From Bdellovibrionales bacterium (GTDB taxonomy: Bacteria; Bdellovibrionota; Bdellovibrionia; Bdellovibrionales; UBA1609), in contig OZ241329.1 of NCBI GenBank assembly GCA_965199825.1, positions 608,001-672,000 on the forward strand: a stretch of DNA of 64,000 nucleotides, in the 5' to 3' direction. Positions 58,876 through 64,000 of the stretch are shown piece after piece. The notes below the pieces were generated by a model. That model worked only from the letters and a program-made list of their open reading frames with translations, ran no database searches and was not told the DNA's origin. The position numbers and the translations under genes were made by a program. How positions within the stretch are numbered: position 1 is the stretch's first letter; the number at the start of each line of letters is the position of its first letter.

Positions 58876-59286
58876 TTAGCTCGAAGGGTTGTGCTTTTTC
58901 CAAGCCTCGATCAGACGTTTGGTGAGGATTTCGTTGGTAAATGGTTTAACGATGTAACCGCTCACTCCATTATTTGCGGCTTCGATCACCGCACCCTTTT
59001 CTGATTCTGTGGTGACCAGGACAAAAGGCAAGGTACTAAATTTGTCGGAAGCCCGAACTTGTTTTAACAAATCAAGTCCGCTTGGCCCCGGCATATTAAG
59101 ATCAGATAAAACAAGGTCTATGGGTGTCGCGCTCTGACAAAAAAATGTGAGCTTGCCAATAGCTTCGTTGGAATCTTCGGCAGTGGCAATTTTTGAAAAG
59201 CCCAGGCGCGTGAGACTATCAACAATAATACGTCGGATATTCAGACTATCGTCGACAACAAGAATGTGGGTGTGTTTTGCAAACAT
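58876..59286 (-). CDS. CheY-like single-domain response regulator
   Basis: VDDS, SDLNMP, VTTE, YIVKPF. Confidence 0.92.
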   Translation of the reverse strand: MFAKHTHILVVDDSLNIRRIIVDSLTRLGFSKIATAEDSNEAIGKLTFFCQSATPIDLVLSDLNMPGPSGLDLLKQVRASDKFSTLPFVLVTTESEKGAVIEAANNGVSGYIVKPFTNEILTKRLIEAWKKHNPSS

Positions 59287-59353
59287 AACTAATTATACGG
59301 TGCGATGTTAAAGGCAATCAAGGTCTAAGCCGGTGGCTCTACCTTCGTACCCG

Positions 59354-61213
59354 TTAAGCGGCTTGCAGTTGAGATTGATGTGCTGGATCAGTCATTTCTA
59401 AAACGAGGGTAGTCCCTTTTCCGAGAGTCGAAAACACAATAGCCTGACCATTTAATTTTTTAACGGCCTCTGACACCGCATCCATTCCGATTCCACGGCC
59501 TGAGAATTCACCCACCTCGGAGCGTGAGGTAAAACCCGCATCAAAAATATGCTGTAAAACTTGGGAATCGGTTAAATCTTTTGAGAGTTTGAGTTTAGTG
59601 CGAATCTTTTCTGGATCAATACCCCGACCATCATCCTCAATCTTGATTGTGAGTTTTTGGTCCAAAAGAATTGCTCTGATGGTGATTTGACCTTCAACAG
59701 GTTTTGCACTGGCTTCGCGTTCAAAGGGCTCTTCGATCCCGTGGTCCACCGCATTGCGAATGGAATGCACCAGAGTTTGAAAAAGCTCTTGATAGGGCTC
59801 AGGAAAAATTTCGATTTCACCCACATCAAAGAGGATCGGTTTTAACATTTTTGATTGTTTAAGGGCGACAACTTGGGCGGCCTCTTCGAGAGGCTTTAGC
59901 AATTTGAGAATAGGCACTCTCAAAAAATCATTATCAAATTGGCGTTGGAGCATCGGAATTTTTAAGCTGTTACGAAACGAGTGCAGTTTTGATAATGGAA
60001 GCTCGATCTTTTTTTCTTCATTGAGGCCGAGGATTTCAAAAAGCTCACTATTTTGAACTAAAAAATTATTATAAACATTTTTTAGATGGCTAAGGCCATC
60101 AACAAATTGATCCGACTCTAAGCTATCTTGCGCCACTCTGGCTGATTCACGCAAGACCGCAACCGAATAGGCTGCCGCTTCGCCTTCGAGAGTATGAAGG
60201 TTGCGATAGAGTTCGGCCTTGGATTGTTGACTTAGGGCATGCACATCATTCAATAAAATTTTTGTGCTATTTAAAAAATTCTTAAATTGATCGCGATTAC
60301 GAATCAGGCGCATCACCATCGACGCATTTTGTTTTTCGCGCTCAAGGGATAATCCATTTTCGAATTCGATTGTTTTGTCGGTAGCAACAACCACAATATT
60401 TGTGATGGTCTGTTTGCTATCACGTAAGGGATAATATTCGAGAGTGATCCGACGGTTCTGTGAATGGATAAATAAGGCTGGCACAAGATCGATTAAATTA
60501 TCAAACGGCAATGTTTCGGCAAACGCGATTTGAATCCATTTTACAAATTGTTCCCGATCTTCAGGAGAGAGCTTCAACACATCCCCAATATGTCGGTTTG
60601 CGGGAGAGCCCTCTAAAATATCGAGACAAGCTTTTGTGAAGGTGTCGCTACAAATTCCGTTGGGATCAAAGGTGAGAAAGCCTTGGCCCAAGCTATTCAT
60701 GATCGCATTGAGAACTTGGTTTTTGGTTTGGACTTCGGCAGTGCGAATCTCAACCATTTTTTCGAGGTTTTTAGAATACTGCTCGAGTTCATCTTTGGCG
60801 GTTTGGAGCTGACGAATCAGGCCTTCTTTTTGATCGAGTTCGCCGCGGTACTTTCGTGCAAGAACTTCTTCGAGCGTGACATCACGAAATAACACGGTCC
60901 ATTTTGATTGGCCCTGAGCATCGATGAAAGGTTGGATGTTGATCTGCACACGGCCGGTCTTGAGAGAGATCAGATTTTTAAATTCAATTTCTGTAATGGG
61001 GACTGCGGTCTCTCGGCCTAAATGTCCCTCGGGCATCACGAAAAGATTTTTATCCGACAGTTGCAGTACCGAATAAATTGGAATTCCTTTTGTGAGTCTT
61101 CGCACGGAGGACTCACAAAAACTTGCGGCCGCTGTGTTGCAATAAATAATCTTTCGATCTGCATCGACAACAAAAACCGCATCCAATAAAGAATCAAAAA
61201 AACTATAATCCAT
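59354..61213 (-). CDS. CheA-like histidine kinase (PAS-coil-PAS-like-Hpt-HATPase), no CheW domain
   Basis: LHTLEGEA Hpt-like motif, HSIRNAVDHGIE, DDGRG, FTS, SGRGIGM; ends right after the ATPase domain. Confidence 0.87.
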   Translation of the reverse strand: MDYSFFDSLLDAVFVVDADRKIIYCNTAAASFCESSVRRLTKGIPIYSVLQLSDKNLFVMPEGHLGRETAVPITEIEFKNLISLKTGRVQINIQPFIDAQGQSKWTVLFRDVTLEEVLARKYRGELDQKEGLIRQLQTAKDELEQYSKNLEKMVEIRTAEVQTKNQVLNAIMNSLGQGFLTFDPNGICSDTFTKACLDILEGSPANRHIGDVLKLSPEDREQFVKWIQIAFAETLPFDNLIDLVPALFIHSQNRRITLEYYPLRDSKQTITNIVVVATDKTIEFENGLSLEREKQNASMVMRLIRNRDQFKNFLNSTKILLNDVHALSQQSKAELYRNLHTLEGEAAAYSVAVLRESARVAQDSLESDQFVDGLSHLKNVYNNFLVQNSELFEILGLNEEKKIELPLSKLHSFRNSLKIPMLQRQFDNDFLRVPILKLLKPLEEAAQVVALKQSKMLKPILFDVGEIEIFPEPYQELFQTLVHSIRNAVDHGIEEPFEREASAKPVEGQITIRAILLDQKLTIKIEDDGRGIDPEKIRTKLKLSKDLTDSQVLQHIFDAGFTSRSEVGEFSGRGIGMDAVSEAVKKLNGQAIVFSTLGKGTTLVLEMTDPAHQSQLQAA

Positions 61214-61684
61214 TTACTTTAAAAACTTAAAATATTTGGCTTCAATCACATCCATCTCCATCAACTCGCCCGCATTGTCTTTGACCTCATCTGGAAATGT
61301 AAATTTGGAACCGTCGTAATGAGTGCCGCTTTCGAAGAGGATCATTTTTTCGTCACCCGAAGACTCAGAATAGTAAGGCACATAAAAGCTTCCGACCTTT
61401 GCATTTGTGGGCAAAAATCCAGCAACCATATTGATTTGATCGACAATGACCTTTGGGCATTTTCGGTAAGTGATCGCAGCTGATGGAGGTGCAGTGCGAA
61501 TCCATTTGATCCATTCTCGAATGCCGCAAGAATTAATTGCGGTCACCTTATCAAGATCCACCATCACGTTGGGTGATGAACTTAAATCGAGGTTTGTAAA
61601 TGAGGCGTCTTCGTCGATTTGACCTTGCAAAGAAATGACAACCGCATCTCCTTCGGATTTTTTATTTGCAGCGAATGTTCCCAT
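61214..61684 (-). CDS. STAS-like (anti-anti-sigma-like) protein
   Basis: LQGQIDE, VDLDKVTAINSCGI with Ser at the STAS phosphosite position. Confidence 0.72.
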   Translation of the reverse strand: MGTFAANKKSEGDAVVISLQGQIDEDASFTNLDLSSSPNVMVDLDKVTAINSCGIREWIKWIRTAPPSAAITYRKCPKVIVDQINMVAGFLPTNAKVGSFYVPYYSESSGDEKMILFESGTHYDGSKFTFPDEVKDNAGELMEMDVIEAKYFKFLK

Positions 61685-62456
61685 AAATTCTTTCTCCTAA
61701 TCCTAAAAAATGCACATTTTTCGGAAGTTCTAAACGTTTTTTATTGCTCATTTTTAATGGAAAGCTACATGCGATAATGGTCTGCACCCCTGGATCGACG
61801 GCTGCAAAAAATGAAGTTGAAGCAGCAAAAACCATATGACTGCCAATGCCTGCTCCGCCTCGACCCATGTTCATCATCTCGGCCATTCCGCGGTCATAAC
61901 AATCCCTGATGCGCTGAATGAATTCGGGTAAACTTAAAGATCCAAAAGGGTCGTGACAAAAAAGTACAAGCTGATTGTCCACAACACCAATTCCGATTTT
62001 TGCACTTAAGCCCTGAGGCATTTCGATCACATTGTCGTTACGCGATTGAACTTTAAGTTCTTTTGGCAAATGGGCAAAGGGTGCGTTGTAGACCGCATTG
62101 GTAAAAAGCTCGTCAAACACCAGATTGATTTGATCAAAAAGGGATGAGGAAATATTTAAGGTGTTAAGATAAGAGTTAAGCGCTTGGCTGACTATTTCTT
62201 TTTCTTTATGTTGAGAAAAATGAATTTTAAAATGACTTAAAGTCTCTTCTTGAACGGCACTGGCCTGATCTGCATTAAGAATGCTCGACAAAGGAAATTC
62301 AAAAAACCTTTGTGGTGATTCAAGCATCAGCTTTGCGGTTTTTTCATCTGAGTTAAAAAATGGATTTTCGGTTTGCAAGATATGATAAAATTCTTGCTTC
62401 AGGGCTAAACTTAAAATTGTGGCAGGCGCTATATTGTTGGCCTTAAACAATTTCAT
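61662..62456 (-). CDS. RsbW/SpoIIAB-like GHKL ATP-binding protein
   Basis: VFDELFTNAVYN N-box, D.FG, GGAGIG G2 box; ATGA overlap with upstream phosphatase. Confidence 0.65.
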   Translation of the reverse strand: MKLFKANNIAPATILSLALKQEFYHILQTENPFFNSDEKTAKLMLESPQRFFEFPLSSILNADQASAVQEETLSHFKIHFSQHKEKEIVSQALNSYLNTLNISSSLFDQINLVFDELFTNAVYNAPFAHLPKELKVQSRNDNVIEMPQGLSAKIGIGVVDNQLVLFCHDPFGSLSLPEFIQRIRDCYDRGMAEMMNMGRGGAGIGSHMVFAASTSFFAAVDPGVQTIIACSFPLKMSNKKRLELPKNVHFLGLGERIYGNIRCK

Positions 62457-64000
62457 GTTGATCTCCGGTACTGACAAAGAACCAAAGTGATGTCGTCAAT
62501 GAGAGCGGCATCCCTACGGAATTCGGTAATCTGCTTTTTTAGATCGTTCATGCGGCCCACGGACTCTTCAGTTTTTGAGGCACAAGACATCAGACTTTTT
62601 AAGAAGGTGCGCTCGCCCCAAGTTTCACCTTTGGGATTTTTAAGATCGATTATTCCATCGGTGTACATCATGAGCGCATCACCGGGCTCCAATTGAAACT
62701 CGACATTTTTATAGGGCTCTTCCATTTTATCGCCTAGACGCACTCCGCGCCCCTCGATCAATGGGATCAGATGTTTTTTTGTGATCTTTTCGCCTTCAGG
62801 AGCACGCACAATAAATGGCGGATCATGACTCGCACTGGAGTACGTCATCATTCCGGTTTTTAAATCGATGCAACAAATAAAAAAGGTCATCAAGATTTTA
62901 CCTTTTGAAGTTTCACCGATCGCACGATTCATAATGTAGAGAGCCTTGGCCGGAGTCATCTCGGGAATCATTTCGATAATCGATGCAGCAGAACGAGCAG
63001 CACCCGTGATCAAAGCGGCAGGAGCACCATGTCCGGTGGCATCACCAATCCAACAATAAAGTTTTTGATCAATGATCGAATAATTCCACCAATCACCACC
63101 ACACTCGCTTGCTGGTTCAAAGTGGCCAATGATTTCAAAGTTCCCGATAATTTTGTGAGGCTCTGGAAAGAGTGTTTCTTGCACCATCCGAACGGTTTCA
63201 AGTTCAGAAGCCATCCGCGCTTTTTCGGCGGTTTCGGACATAAGGCGAGAGACCTCTTTTGCCATCAAATTAAAACTCTTAGCCAAGCCGCCAACTTCAT
63301 CATTTGAATTCGATTTTAAACGAATATCAAATTTTCCTTGGGCCACTTTTTGGGTCGCCTCAAAAAGTTGTCTCAACGCCGAAGTCAATTGCACCGAGGC
63401 AAACAAACTAATGATCACCGTGATTGCTAAAAGTGCGATAAAAAATAAAATAGATTTAGTAACCAGGATACTCACCGCACTGAGCGCTTGTTGCTTGTTC
63501 ATCAGCGCGCCGACCGTAAAATTGCCGATCGGTAGTTTTGAGTAGGACAGCAATAGTGTTTCGTTTTTACCAACGCTGACTTCGCCCGTTCCTTCAGGAG
63601 TGAGACCCGAAAGTGCGGAAGAAAAAATGATGGGCGAGGGTTGTCCTTGAAATAAATTTTCACGCACGTCGGCTGGAGGGCCCAAAACAATTTCGCCGCT
63701 AGGATCAATCAAAAATGATTTATAAAGGCCTGCTTCAGAAAATGATGAGGCGAGCTCAACACAGGTGTAAACAGAGACAAAGACCATTGGATCGGTTTCA
63801 TTGATTTTACGGGCATAAAGAAATTCGCCGTTGGAGTTTAAAAGCTTAAGAGCTGCACCGTTTTTAAATGCCTGAGCGACCACACCCATCTGATCTGGGG
63901 TGAGAGTCCCAAGCGGTTGGTCTTGATGATGCAATTGCCCAACAAATTTATAACCATTGGCCTCATCTGGCATGATGATAAAAAGATTCGAAACCTCTTT
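62453..64000 (-). CDS. membrane HAMP + SpoIIE/PP2C phosphatase (5' end probably outside window)
   Basis: TM, HAMP (DEVGGLAKSFNLM), GGDWW, GDATGHG, YTDG, DDIT. Confidence 0.92.
   Translation of the reverse strand, partial: KEVSNLFIIMPDEANGYKFVGQLHHQDQPLGTLTPDQMGVVAQAFKNGAALKLLNSNGEFLYARKINETDPMVFVSVYTCVELASSFSEAGLYKSFLIDPSGEIVLGPPADVRENLFQGQPSPIIFSSALSGLTPEGTGEVSVGKNETLLLSYSKLPIGNFTVGALMNKQQALSAVSILVTKSILFFIALLAITVIISLFASVQLTSALRQLFEATQKVAQGKFDIRLKSNSNDEVGGLAKSFNLMAKEVSRLMSETAEKARMASELETVRMVQETLFPEPHKIIGNFEIIGHFEPASECGGDWWNYSIIDQKLYCWIGDATGHGAPAALITGAARSAASIIEMIPEMTPAKALYIMNRAIGETSKGKILMTFFICCIDLKTGMMTYSSASHDPPFIVRAPEGEKITKKHLIPLIEGRGVRLGDKMEEPYKNVEFQLEPGDALMMYTDGIIDLKNPKGETWGERTFLKSLMSCASKTEESVGRMNDLKKQITEFRRDAALIDDITLVLCQYRRST

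Noticed and set aside
1..64000. tRNA, rRNA, integrase or transposase genes
   Set aside because: No cloverleaf, rRNA-like stretch or recombinase/transposase motifs recognised; intergenic gaps are short.

Overview
Gene-dense, AT-leaning bacterial chromosomal segment. Gene content and style suggest a Bdellovibrionota (Bdellovibrio-like) organism; this is an inference, not a database result. Housekeeping genes include lipA/E2/lpdA/lipB, an AceE-type E1, pssA, asd, truA-rplM-rpsI, trxB, trmB, ggt, leuS, speA plus a deoxyhypusine-synthase-like gene, a Yej/Opp-type ABC system, dksA, topoisomerase IB, xth, a peroxiredoxin, rfaD and trmJ. Orphan secreted-protein genes are interspersed. No rRNA, tRNA or CRISPR array was seen. 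Best leads: (1) an 11-bp motif GGCGGGCACGA clustered in and upstream of a stand-alone HNH endonuclease gene and recurring at a second locus, both times upstream of a sigma54-type promoter for orphan secreted proteins; (2) a PP2C/RsbW-like/STAS partner-switch module joined to a CheW-less CheA-like kinase; (3) a strongly divergent SelO-like gene; (4) a protein with tandem Sec and twin-arginine signals; (5) a peroxiredoxin coupled to an ATP-grasp ligase; (6) a receiver protein with an SspB-like ClpX-tether motif.
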